From Thraustochytrium aureum (lineage: Eukaryota): 33,229 nt of DNA. The notes below the pieces were generated by a model. That model ran no database searches and was not told the origin of the DNA. It was given only the letters and a program-made list of their open reading frames with translations. The first letter of the stretch is position 1. Each line of letters begins with the position of its first letter. Shown in pieces: positions 1-10,442 of this stretch. The position numbers were made by a program, and so were the translations under genes. The stretch lies in assembly GCA_012862495.1 (NCBI GenBank), contig BLSG01000105.1, forward strand, positions 31,379-64,607. Direction: 5' to 3'.

Positions 1-850
1 CCAGCCAGCCACCCCGCAGGTCGAGCTCGCTCCCCGCCAACCAAACAAGGATTCGCGCGGCCAACGCGAGCTCGCTCTGCGTCCCACGCCCCAAGCCAAG
101 CGTCTGCCCAGGCAGCCAGCCCGCAGCGCCCGCTCCGCGTCAGCGTCAACGCGGCCCAAAAAACCCAGCGATTCGCGCAGGCAATGGCGCGCGAGCTCGT
201 GGACCGCCGGCCGAGCCAGGGCCCCGTTCCAGAGCCGAGCGAGTGCAGCGGCAGCGCCCCGGGCAGGCCTCCTCGCGCGCCTGTTGCTCCAGCAGCGCAT
301 GCACGAGCGAACGGTGTCTGCAGCGCCTTTGTGCTGCAGCCGCGATGTCGCTCGAGCGAATCGGCGCGACACACTCTTGTGCACGTGCCGGACCCAAACA
401 GGCCTCCGCTGCGCCGTGTAATCACCTTTTTTAATGGCTCGCCGAGGGAATAACGAGGCGCGCCCGCCTCGGGAAACCGGCGCGGTTTTTCCAGGGATTG
501 GCAGAAAATGCGGAATTCGGCGACTTCAGTCGAGGCCTCCGCGCGGCCCCGTCCCAAGCCGCACCCGAGTCACGACGCGGCCCCTGTGACGAGGCCGAGC
601 GGTTTTCGTCGCGCGACGTGACGCCGCGGGCCCCCAACACTCCGAACCACGGCAGTGCTGCGCAGAAGATATCGCGTCACGCAGGCCTCAAAGTTGCTCC
701 AGCCCTCAATATGACCAAGAGCCACCTCTATCGCATGCATAGAGGGGCACACCCTCTATAATTAAAAAAGCATATATTTATGCAATGAGGTGTAACTATA
801 GAGGGACATATAGGCGTTGAGCGGGATGTCCGTTGGGCCGGGCGACAGAT

Positions 851-940
851 GCGCATCGAGGAGAGCGACAGCGACAGACAGCGCAGGAGACAGCGCAGGA
901 GAGAGAGCAAAAGGAGAGAGAGCTAGAGAGAGAGAGAGCG
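851..940 (+). repeat. GA-rich low-complexity / microsatellite tract
   Basis: AGACAGCGCAGG occurs twice, followed by (GA)n runs. Confidence 0.7.
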
Positions 941-983
941 TGGCACGCCGCTCTGAGGCCCCGCTCGCTCGCGACCTCTCTCG

Positions 984-1026
984 CTCGCTCACAGGCTCGC
1001 TCACAGGCTCGCTCACAGGCTCGCTC
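984..1026 (+). repeat. 12-bp tandem repeat (CTCGCTCACAGG)x3 plus a partial copy
   Basis: Read directly from the sequence. Confidence 0.9.
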
Positions 1027-1383
1027 GCGACCTCGCAGAAGCGCTCCTCCCACCTCGCACTCGCTTGCATCGCGCTCTGAGAGAGGGCGGCTAGTCGCCA
1101 CGGGCGCAGTCGCAGCGCGAAGGCCGGCAGCTCTCACAGCCGCAGGGGTCTCTTTCTCGCGCCGAGGGTGCGCGCAGTGTTGCCTGGTGACGTTGGGGAC
1201 GTTGGCAAGCAGAGTCGCAGCTGCGGTCGCGAAGGGAAGACGGCGGCCGGCACCGATTGACGGCGATAGAGTCGCACGACCTGACGTCTTCCTGCTCAGG
1301 CCCGGGCTTGGACTGCCGTGGCGGCCACGGCGCTGCGGGTGCTGCTGGGGAAAGAAAGTCTTCCTTGGGGCCGACCAGCGAGG

Positions 1384-2249
1384 ATGGTCAAGCCTATTGA
1401 CACCGAGCTCGGCCATGGCGATGGACGCGAAGAGCGCAAGAAGAAAGAGTTCGTGGAGAAGCTCCGGAAGGAGGTCGCTTCGCTACGCAGTGTAAGCCTC
1501 GCCGTGGAGGCTGACGACCCGGAATTAGCGAGAGCAGCCAGGCGCCGCAGGCGCCGCAGGGCGCGGTCGCAACGCGAGGAAAAGGACAGGCAGGCTGGCG
1601 GCGGGGCAAGCAAGCGCAAAACGTCTGGCCGCCGCCACAGACACCAAGTTGCTTCCGACGACGCGCCGCCCGCCGCGCCGCCGGGTTCTCCAAACCCAAG
1701 CAAAGCGCTCGAACAGGACCTCGGCAAGCTGGCCAAGGCGCTCAAGGGAAAGCTCGACAGAACCGAGCAGCAGGCGATGGAGCTGCGCGAAAAGCTAGCA
1801 GAGAGGGAGCTGCACGTGCGGCGCAAGGAGCACGAGCTCCGGCTATTGCGAAACGCCTGCGCTGAAGGCTCAGCGCGTGCCGCCAGGCAACGCAAGGCGC
1901 GGCACTTGCAGGTCCTCTCCGAAGCGCGCGAGCTCGAAATCGAGCACGGAGCGCCCATCTCGCGCACAGAGCGCATGGCTCTCCGTTCGCGATTGCGCTC
2001 ACAGCAAGAAAAAGCTGCTGCCGCCGAGTACGAGCGCCAGAGACGCGAACAGGCAATGGTCAAGGAAGAAGAGCGGCACCTTCGGCGCAAAGAGCGCAGA
2101 GCGCGCCGCGCCGCGCAAGAGCAACGCAAGCGCGAAGATCGCCTGTCCAAGCTGCAACAAGAGTACCAGGACGAGTGGGAAAAGGCGCTGGTGAGGGCGC
2201 ACCCCTCTGCGCTTCGGTCTCGGCCAGCACTTGAGCGAGCGGCTCGGCA
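1384..2249 (+). CDS. Charged coiled-coil N-terminal region, probably the 5' part of the multi-C2/IQ gene (runs into gap)
   Basis: First ATG of this frame is at 1384 (MVKPIDTELG...). The frame is open for about 290 codons up to the N-gap and is E/R/K-rich helical sequence. Joining it to the downstream C2/IQ exon across the gap is inference. Confidence 0.65.
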
Positions 2250-3192
2250 NNNNNNNNNNNNNNNNNNNNNNNNNNNNNNNNNNNNNNNNNNNNNNNNNNN
2301 NNNNNNNNNNNNNNNNNNNNNNNNNNNNNNNNNNNNNNNNNNNNNNNNNNNNNNNNNNNNNNNNNNNNNNNNNNNNNNNNNNNNNNNNNNNNNNNNNNNN
2401 NNNNNNNNNNNNNNNNNNNNNNNNNNNNNNNNNNNNNNNNNNNNNNNNNNNNNNNNNNNNNNNNNNNNNNNNNNNNNNNNNNNNNNNNNNNNNNNNNNNN
2501 NNNNNNNNNNNNNNNNNNNNNNNNNNNNNNNNNNNNNNNNNNNNNNNNNNNNNNNNNNNNNNNNNNNNNNNNNNNNNNNNNNNNNNNNNNNNNNNNNNNN
2601 NNNNNNNNNNNNNNNNNNNNNNNNNNNNNNNNNNNNNNNNNNNNNNNNNNNNNNNNNNNNNNNNNNNNNNNNNNNNNNNNNNNNNNNNNNNNNNNNNNNN
2701 NNNNNNNNNNNNNNNNNNNNNNNNNNNNNNNNNNNNNNNNNNNNNNNNNNNNNNNNNNNNNNNNNNNNNNNNNNNNNNNNNNNNNNNNNNNNNNNNNNNN
2801 NNNNNNNNNNNNNNNNNNNNNNNNNNNNNNNNNNNNNNNNNNNNNNNNNNNNNNNNNNNNNNNNNNNNNNNNNNNNNNNNNNNNNNNNNNNNNNNNNNNN
2901 NNNNNNNNNNNNNNNNNNNNNNNNNNNNNNNNNNNNNNNNNNNNNNNNNNNNNNNNNNNNNNNNNNNNNNNNNNNNNNNNNNNNNNNNNNNNNNNNNNNN
3001 NNNNNNNNNNNNNNNNNNNNNNNNNNNNNNNNNNNNNNNNNNNNNNNNNNNNNNNNNNNNNNNNNNNNNNNNNNNNNNNNNNNNNNNNNNNNNNNNNNNN
3101 NNNNNNNNNNNNNNNNNNNNNNNNNNNNNNNNNNNNNNNNNNNNNNNNNNNNNNNNNNNNNNNNNNNNNNNNNNNNNNNNNNNNNNNNNNNN

Positions 3193-6100
3193 CTCGATTG
3201 GCGGCGGGCGGCTGCGCCTCGCGGCTCTCACGAGCGCCCCCATGCGCCACGAAATCGCCCTACGTGCGGGCTCCGACAAGCCTGCTGGGTTTCTTGTCGT
3301 GGACACATGGTTCGTCCCAGCAACCAATTCCGCGCTCGAGGATACAGCCGCGCTGAAGAGCCCGCTCCAGCACGCTGCTCACGTCACGGCCCCAGTGAGC
3401 CCGAAAGAGACGACTCAATACGCGACGAGGGGTACAGTGACCTGCCAGGCGACGTCCTGTACCAGCCTCCGCAACCTGCAGCTGCTGACAGAGATGGACG
3501 TCGTCGTCAAGTTTACCCTGCTTCCTTGGCAGAACTCTGGATCAACCAAAACGCACTTGAAGGGCGGGTCCAACCCAAGCTGGGACCATGATAGCGGAAT
3601 GGTCCAGCTCGAGTACCCTGGCGCGCCGCCGAATGGCGAGGCAGCGCACTTGCTGATTGAGGTGCTGGACGAGCACAGGATCATCAGCAACCGGCTCATC
3701 GGCTCGGCCACGCACACCCTACCTTCCGAGATGTTTCGCGTTGAAAAGGACTCGCCCGCGCAGCGTGCGCTCGTCGTGGCCCTGGCGGCCAAGGACGGCA
3801 CCTCGGCAGGGACGCTCAACATGTACGTCGCGTTTTCGCCTTCTGCGCCGCAAAAGCAGGCGGCAGACCCCTCGAGCCCCAAAGCTGCCTCTCCAAAGGA
3901 GCTCCGCCACGCCGACTGGGAGCACCAGCTTGCGCTTCGAGCCGTGGCGGTGCGGGCTACTGGCCTCAAGGCTGTGCAGCGCATTGGATCCCAAGACCCT
4001 TATGTGGAGATAGTTCACGAGCGCTCGGGCAAGCGGCTGCGCACACGATGCGACGCAAGCGCAGGCACAAACGCGGCCTGGGACCTCGTCAAGCATGCAA
4101 GCGACATGCGAATGCTACTCGTTGGCGCGCGCAAGGACGAGCCAGAGCGCGTTGTGTTGTCAGTGCTGGACGAAGAAGCCGTCATGCGGGACAGGCTCAT
4201 TGGAAGCGTCACGCTCGACCTCTGGCAAGATGTTCTTGGCCATGCAAGCCACGGGACAGACGAAACCATGACTTTCCGGCTCAAGGACAAAGCCGGTCAC
4301 GACGCTGGCGTGCTGCAGATGGAGATGTGCGTTTTCCTATTCGAGGGCCAAGAGAGTATGCTCGCCGAGGNNNNNNNNNNNNNNNNNNNNNNNNNNNNNN
4401 NNNNNNNNNNNNNNNNNNNNNNNNNNNNNNNNNNNNNNNNNNNNNNNNNNNNNNNNNNNNNNNNNNNNNNNNNNNNNNNNNNNNNNNNNNNNNNNNNNNN
4501 NNNNNNNNNNNNNNNNNNNNNNNNNNNNNNNNNNNNNNNNNNNNNNNNNNNNNNNNNNNNNNNNNNNNNNNNNNNNNNNNNNNNNNNNNNNNNNNNNNNN
4601 NNNNNNNNNNNNNNNNNNNNNNNNNNNNNNNNNNNNNNNNNNNNNNNNNNNNNNNNNNNNNNNNNNNNNNNNNNNNNNNNNNNNNNNNNNNNNNNNNNNN
4701 NNNNNNNNNNNNNNNNNNNNNNNNNNNNNNNNNNNNNCGCCGCTGTCTCCCAAGTCGCCCACCCTCCGTGCCAGCGCATCAGAGGAGGAAATCGCCTCGG
4801 TCTGGACAAGGGTGGCGCGCGGCCGCAACTTTCGAGGCGGGGACAAGTCGCTATACTGCAAGGGACGTACAGGTTTAAGAGCTGGCGCACGGCGCGCGCC
4901 CCAGACTCGGAGCACCCAATCTGGAGCGACGCCAACCGGCAACGGCACCTCTTCAACTTTGACGCCCAGCCCCTGTCCCAAGTTCAAGCAGAGTCCGTAA
5001 CATTCGCGGTCTACTCGGCAAGGCGGTTCCTTGGAGACAAGTGCCTCGGTCGAGCCACAGTGCTGCTCGACGATGTACCGTGCGCGTTTGAGGAGGATGT
5101 GCCCGAGACGGTGGACTCGGCGACGCGCTGGGTCGCGCTTGAGGGTGAAGACGCGGGCGAGATCCAGGTCGCCGTGATGCTGCTGCGAAAGCCGCGGCTC
5201 GAGACGGAGGCCGCGAAGCGCATCCAGACCATCCGGCGCTCGCAACTTGCAAGGCGTAGATCGTTCAAAGTTCAAGAGCAGCAGGTTCTGACGCAGCGCG
5301 AGCGGGCGGCAGAGAGCATTCAGCGCATATTGCGAGGGCGCGTCGCTCGTCGCAAGGTTCGCGTGGTGCAGCAGAACGAGATTCGACTCCGAGAACTCGA
5401 CAAGTTCACCTTGTCAGCGATTGAACGGGCGCAGAGGCGGATCGCCAAGCACAGCAAGGCCGCCGTCAAGATCCAGGCCCGCGTCCGTGGCGCCCAGGCT
5501 CGGAAGCGACACGACATGGGCGTTACAGCAAAGCAGGTGTTGCGCATCCAGGCCTGCCTGCGCCGCTTTCGTGCGCGCCAGCTGTACAGAAAGTCGCTGA
5601 CGCCCGCGCCTCGCGGCCTGCTTCGCCTCCGCTTTGTGCGCGCTTGGGACCTCAAAAACGTGCAGTGGATCGGCAAGCAGGACCCCTACGTTCATGTCTC
5701 GGTCCAGCCGGGCAACCTCGAGCACAAGACAAAGGCTTGCTCACGTGGCGGCTGCGCTCCAACTTGGTCCCCCGAAACGCATGCCAGCGAGACCTTGGTT
5801 ACACTACCAGCACCGGGCACTCAGTCATCGGCAACCTGCGCGGACCTCGTGTTGAGCATCAAAGTCATGGACCGCGTGCTGCTCGGCGCCGACAAGGTCA
5901 TTGGCAAGGTTGACAACTGGTCTCGCTTCAGCGACGTGCTCTACCACAACCAGCCCGTCGACTCCAGGACGTACGTGGTCGTGCTCGACAAAGATGGCGG
6001 CAAGCTCGAGGTGGTCATGTCCTGGATGCCGGAGGCCGCAGTTGAGCGAAGCCTCGCCGCTCTTCAAAGCCGAGTCAGGACCAGGATCGCACAGTCGCGC

Positions 6101-7480
6101 TACGTACAGCAGCGCGACAAGAACCGCCAGGTCGTGGCAATCCAAAGTCGCGTTCGAGGTCTCATCACTCGGAGGTCTTACCGCGACTTGAAAGTGGTCA
6201 CCCAAGGGATTGCGACAAGCCCGCGCAGTCCGGCGCACCCAGCGGCTTCTGGGCTTTCACCAGCGCAATCCCATGCGCGCTCACCGATCCGCCAGTCGCC
6301 GGTGCTCTCGCCAGTACGGTCACCGCTATCGCGGCATGAGGTGGAGGAGAAGATGGCTCCCGACTCGGCCGAGTCCGACGAAGGCGTGGACGGCGTCTCA
6401 AGCTTCGACGCAGAGCGAGCTGCAGTGCAGCTCCAGCGTTTGGCACGCCAACGTTCCGCGCGCGCGGAGCTTGGAAGGCGAAAACAACGACAAAGCGAGC
6501 ACCATGCGAAGGCCGTGGTTCAGATCCAGCGGCACGCGCGCGGCACCATCGTGAGGCGGCGGTCAAGAGAACTTTTGCAGGCGCGGTTGGAAGAGCGCAC
6601 GCGTCTTGCAGAAGCGCACAAGAAGGAGCAGCGCAAGGTCGCGGCAGAGGAGAAAGAGGAGTCGAAAAGGCGCGACCCGAAAGATCTCAACCCGCGCGAG
6701 CGCTTTTTCGGCACATCCAAGCCGGTTCGCCCAAAGAGACGGCCAGAGGGGATGCGAAGCGCTGCGGACCTGATTGAGCTTCGACTTCTGGAGGTCGACG
6801 GCGCGGTGGACGGTGTCTCTCTCCTTCATAAATCCACTTGCTTTGTGCAAGCCACTGCAAAGCCCGGCGGCACCAAGACCTCCTCATCGAGCAGTGGCTC
6901 AGGCGGAGTCTGGCCCGACACAGCCAGCGTCCTCAAGCTCGAGCTTCCCGTGGAGCGCTCGCCCACTGATCGGCCAGTCCTCGAGATCGAGGTGTTTAGG
7001 TCAGCGCGGCTCGGCCCAGCAAAGCTTGTCGGAAGGGTTCAGTACGCTCTGTTCGACCATATAGCCAACCACGGGGAGGAGTCCAGCGTCAGCCTCGTGC
7101 TCAAGGATGCCAACGGCGCGCATGCCGGGATCCTGCGCACCACGGTCTGCGTCCACCTCGCAAATCTGCCTCCGTCTGACAACCCTGCTGAGCAGCAGCC
7201 GGAACGTGACGCCAGTGAGTCTGGCCCAGAGCGCGAGCAGCTCGAGCCAGTGGGCCTCGGCCACCAGCGCGCAGCCTTGTCACCACTTGCACAGGTCGCT
7301 TCCGGTGTCGTAGGCCTTGCTCTTGCCTCGGCGCGTTCGGCAATAGATACAAGCAGAAGCACTTCGAGCTCGTCGAGCTCGTCGAGCTCTTCGAGCTCCT
7401 CGAGCTCCTCGAGTTCCTCCAGCTCGTCGAGCTCCAGCTCTTCTAGCTCTTCAAGTTCCTCCAGCTCCGCTAGGAGATGA
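3193..7480 (+). CDS. Large multi-C2-domain, multi-IQ-motif (calmodulin-binding) protein; partial, with an internal gap and a probable 1-nt frameshift at ~4863
   Basis: Six C2-like units: a partial one at 3194-3320 (IGGGRLRL...AGFLVVDTWF), ~3430-3840 (KGGSNPSWD...IEVLDEHRIISNRLIGSA), ~3930-4345 (RATGLKAVQRIGSQDPYVEI), ~4790-5190, ~5615-6030 (RAWDLKNVQWIGKQDPYVHV) and ~6770-7160. About eight IQ motifs (e.g. AAESIQRILRGRVARR, AAVKIQARVRGAQARK, VVAIQSRVRGLITRR, VVQIQRHARGTIVRR). Poly-Ser tail, then stop TGA at 7478-7480. Confidence 0.88.
7361..7468 (+). repeat. (TCN-AGC)-type low-complexity repeat encoding the poly-Ser C-terminus
   Basis: TCGAGCTCG-like 9-mer iterations giving about 35 Ser codons. 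Confidence 0.9.
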
Positions 7481-8149
7481 GTAAAAGCCGCAACCAGACA
7501 ACTGCCTTGACAAACCGCATCTTGTGCCGCTCCTCGACGACCCTTTGAGACCTGGGTCGTGCGCGTTCAGCCCTCGCGCTGGATTCGCATCGTGGGTTTC
7601 CCCACCGACACCGGAGCGTTGCGACCGCTTTGTGATTCGTCAAGTTGAGAGCAGCATCGCCCAACTTTCGCAGCTGTTTCCAGTCCTTCCAACCCCGATA
7701 GCCCGTCCAGCACGTGCAGGTTTTGCGCAGAGACTTCGTGTATGTTCAATTGAAATACCTCCATTCCTTCATTCATTCAGAATTTCAAATGGTCATCCAC
7801 CAGCGTCGCCCGCCCAAGCCCCAGCCCGGCTCGAGCAAGCGCCGCGAGCGCCACGCAAGCATCCCTCACCCTAGCGTACGTTCTCCACGTTCGTAACGCC
7901 AATGTTCAACGGATCTATTCGAGCGAGAGTTCATGCACGTGCTGACCCCTGAATCATCGATCGTCCATCGATCTCCCCACGCGCAGTGCGTGTCGATCCT
8001 TCGCCCTCCCTCGCGCATTGGCGTTGGCGCGGTCGCGGTGTCGCGTGCATGGACGTGCGCGTCGTGCATTGTGCGTCGAGCGCGTTCATTGACGGCCCGC
8101 GGCGTGTCGACGTCGCGTTCAACTCGAGTACGCGGACTTGCATCGCCAG

Positions 8150-10261
8150 ATGTTCCAGCTGCCGGCCTCGTTGTACTCGCCGGGCTTCCCCGGGTCGCCG
8201 ATGAAGGGCGGCGATCCTGTGCTCATGGCGGCCTGGGATGGCAATGTCGACGAGATTCGCGCCGCGATGCGCCCGCCAGACGTGCAGGACGACGGTCCTG
8301 AGACCGCGGAGCCTGGGTGTCGCGATACTGCGAGCGCCGTCGGCGTGGTGAGGGTGCTCAAGGCCAAGTCGCAGGCGGCGCTCGTGCGGAATAGCGCGAG
8401 AAGGCCTGGGCGAGCGGCGAAACTGGAGCGGTCCAAGTCCTCGTGGGCAGTGTCCGGGCGAATCTCCAACGCGGGACTTGGGAAACGAACGGATGGGGCG
8501 TTGGCGGATGATCTGCTTCGACAGCACCTTGATGAGGCTGGCAACTGCTTGCTACATGTCGCGGCGTATCGCGGGGCAGTGGAAGTGGTCAAGCTCGTCC
8601 TGGCGGAACTCGGCAGCGTCCGGGCGCAGCTGAGCGTGGACACGAAGAACCGGCACCTAAAGACTGCGCTGCACTTTGCCTGCGAGCGCGACAACGCCGG
8701 CATTGCCTGCATGCTGCTTGATGCGGGCGCAAACCCGTCAGCGGCGGACGTGAACGGCTTGACGCCGCTGCACGCCGCCGTCGAGGCAAACAGCATCCGG
8801 GTCATCGAGTTGTACTTGTCGCGCGGGTTTCCGCTCGACCCCTGCACGTGCGCCGGTCTCACCCCGCTTCTGCTTGCATGCCGCGGCGACTTGAGGGATA
8901 TAGCTTGCAAACTGGCGGCTGGCGGCTGTGACATCTGCCGCCGCAGCACGCTGCACGATGGGGTCAACTACGTGACACCGCACCATATCGCCAAGAAAAA
9001 CGGCTGGGGCGAGCGGCTGCGGATGGCTGGCGCCGTCCCCGAGGCGCCGCAGCCGCCAGAGCTCGTGATGCAGACCGACGAAGAGGCCCACTTCGAATGG
9101 GTGGCACCCGCAGGGAGGAGCGCCCCAGTTGAGTACTACCGCCTCCAGATCCGCCGCATCGACCGACTTGAGCCAGACGCGCCATGGATAACCGTGGCCG
9201 ACCACGTAAAGGAGCGCAAGCACCAGTTTTACACGTGCAAGGCACACTGCAGCTCGTTCTCAAGAGACGCGCGGCCCGAGGACCTCGAGCCGTGCGAGGT
9301 GTACGTGGTGCGCGTGCTGGCGTACAGTATTGTCGGCTGGAGCGAACCAAGTCAGCCGAGCAGGGCCATGATGACAGCGCCAGCTGCGCCGTCGCGCCCG
9401 GAGCCGCCGCACGTCGTTAGCTGCACCAATACCTCGGTGACAATACGCTGGGAGCTCCCAGACTCCAATGGGGCGCCAATCGATGCGACCGAAATTCAGT
9501 GGACGCTGTGCTATTCAGAGCGACCGGGCTGGACCTCCCTGCCAGAGCTGGTTCGTCCCACTCGAGCTGCCGACTCGGACGACGAGCCTTCCTCAAGCGA
9601 GTCGGACACGGACGCGGAGGAAGACCCGCTCAAGAGAACGAGTGTGTGTCAGGCGACCATCCCGGGCCTTGCGCCCCAAACATCGTTTCGATTCAGGATA
9701 CGCTGCCGCAACCTCGTGGGGTGGAGCTACTACAGCCACCAAACGGAAAAGGTGCGAACCGCCACCAAGTCTGGTGGCAGGCGTGGAAACTTTGACCTCA
9801 GCTCGCATTGCCAGAGCGGAGCTTCCAACATGGCGGGCATGGCAGCGCACGCGCAGTCAAGGTACCTCGCGAACGAGCGAGCTGGCGCCGACAAAGCGGC
9901 GCTTCGCGACCGACTGGCAACGGAACAGGCTTCCCACGCCGTCAACCGCGCGCGGGACAAAGCTGCGACGGCCCTTCAGGCGTTCCTGCGAGGCCGGCGC
10001 GCTACATTGAGATACAAGCGCTTCTTGCACGATCGTGAGCAACAGCGAGCTTTCCTCGCCGAGTACGAGCTGGAAGATCAGTTTGTTGAGCAGTGGCGCC
10101 AAGTCTTGCAAAAGCATGTCACCGCTGCCTCGGAGGCGCTAAAGCGCGATGAAGCGCACCGAGACGCCCGCCGCAGGCGCAAGGCCGCTCGAAGGGTGCG
10201 CCGCGAGCGGCGCCAGCTCATTCGCAAGCAGCGCCGCGAGGCTGCAGAAAGCGCAGCCTGA
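8150..10261 (+). CDS. Ankyrin-repeat + two fibronectin type III + IQ motif protein
   Basis: ATG at 8150. Ankyrin consensus motifs GNCLLHVAA, KTALHFAC, GLTPLHAA, GLTPLLLAC and VTPHHIA. FN3 repeats PEAPQPP...EW..P...YVVRVLAYSIVGWSEPS and PSRPEPP...IRWELPDSNGAPI...FRFRIRCRNLVGWSYYS. IQ motif AATALQAFLRGRRA, then a coiled-coil tail. Confidence 0.9.
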   Translation: MFQLPASLYSPGFPGSPMKGGDPVLMAAWDGNVDEIRAAMRPPDVQDDGPETAEPGCRDTASAVGVVRVLKAKSQAALVRNSARRPGRAAKLERSKSSWAVSGRISNAGLGKRTDGALADDLLRQHLDEAGNCLLHVAAYRGAVEVVKLVLAELGSVRAQLSVDTKNRHLKTALHFACERDNAGIACMLLDAGANPSAADVNGLTPLHAAVEANSIRVIELYLSRGFPLDPCTCAGLTPLLLACRGDLRDIACKLAAGGCDICRRSTLHDGVNYVTPHHIAKKNGWGERLRMAGAVPEAPQPPELVMQTDEEAHFEWVAPAGRSAPVEYYRLQIRRIDRLEPDAPWITVADHVKERKHQFYTCKAHCSSFSRDARPEDLEPCEVYVVRVLAYSIVGWSEPSQPSRAMMTAPAAPSRPEPPHVVSCTNTSVTIRWELPDSNGAPIDATEIQWTLCYSERPGWTSLPELVRPTRAADSDDEPSSSESDTDAEEDPLKRTSVCQATIPGLAPQTSFRFRIRCRNLVGWSYYSHQTEKVRTATKSGGRRGNFDLSSHCQSGASNMAGMAAHAQSRYLANERAGADKAALRDRLATEQASHAVNRARDKAATALQAFLRGRRATLRYKRFLHDREQQRAFLAEYELEDQFVEQWRQVLQKHVTAASEALKRDEAHRDARRRRKAARRVRRERRQLIRKQRREAAESAA

Positions 10262-10347
10262 GAGCGCTGGAGGAACTCGGACCCTTGTTGAAGAGAAAAT
10301 TGCGCTTCGTGTCCCGCAGAGCGCTCGGGAGGTCGCCGAGGCACCAA

Positions 10348-10442
10348 ACATTTGACTATATTGCGAACCTCTTGCTTGAGAGAAATCACAGCTGACATTT
10401 GACTCGTATTGCTTACCTCTTGCTGGAGAGAAATCACAGCTG
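10348..10442. repeat. Imperfect tandem duplication (47 + 48 bp) between convergent genes
   Basis: ACATTTGACT(A/CG)TATTGC(GA/TT)ACCTCTTGCT(T/G)GAGAGAAATCACAGCTG occurs at 10348-10394 and 10395-10442. Confidence 0.9.

Noticed and set aside
146..1416. Several short overlapping ORFs, including the CERA/SEPV/RSQA repeat peptides
   Set aside because: They arise from GC-rich and microsatellite sequence and show no domain or convincing coding pattern.
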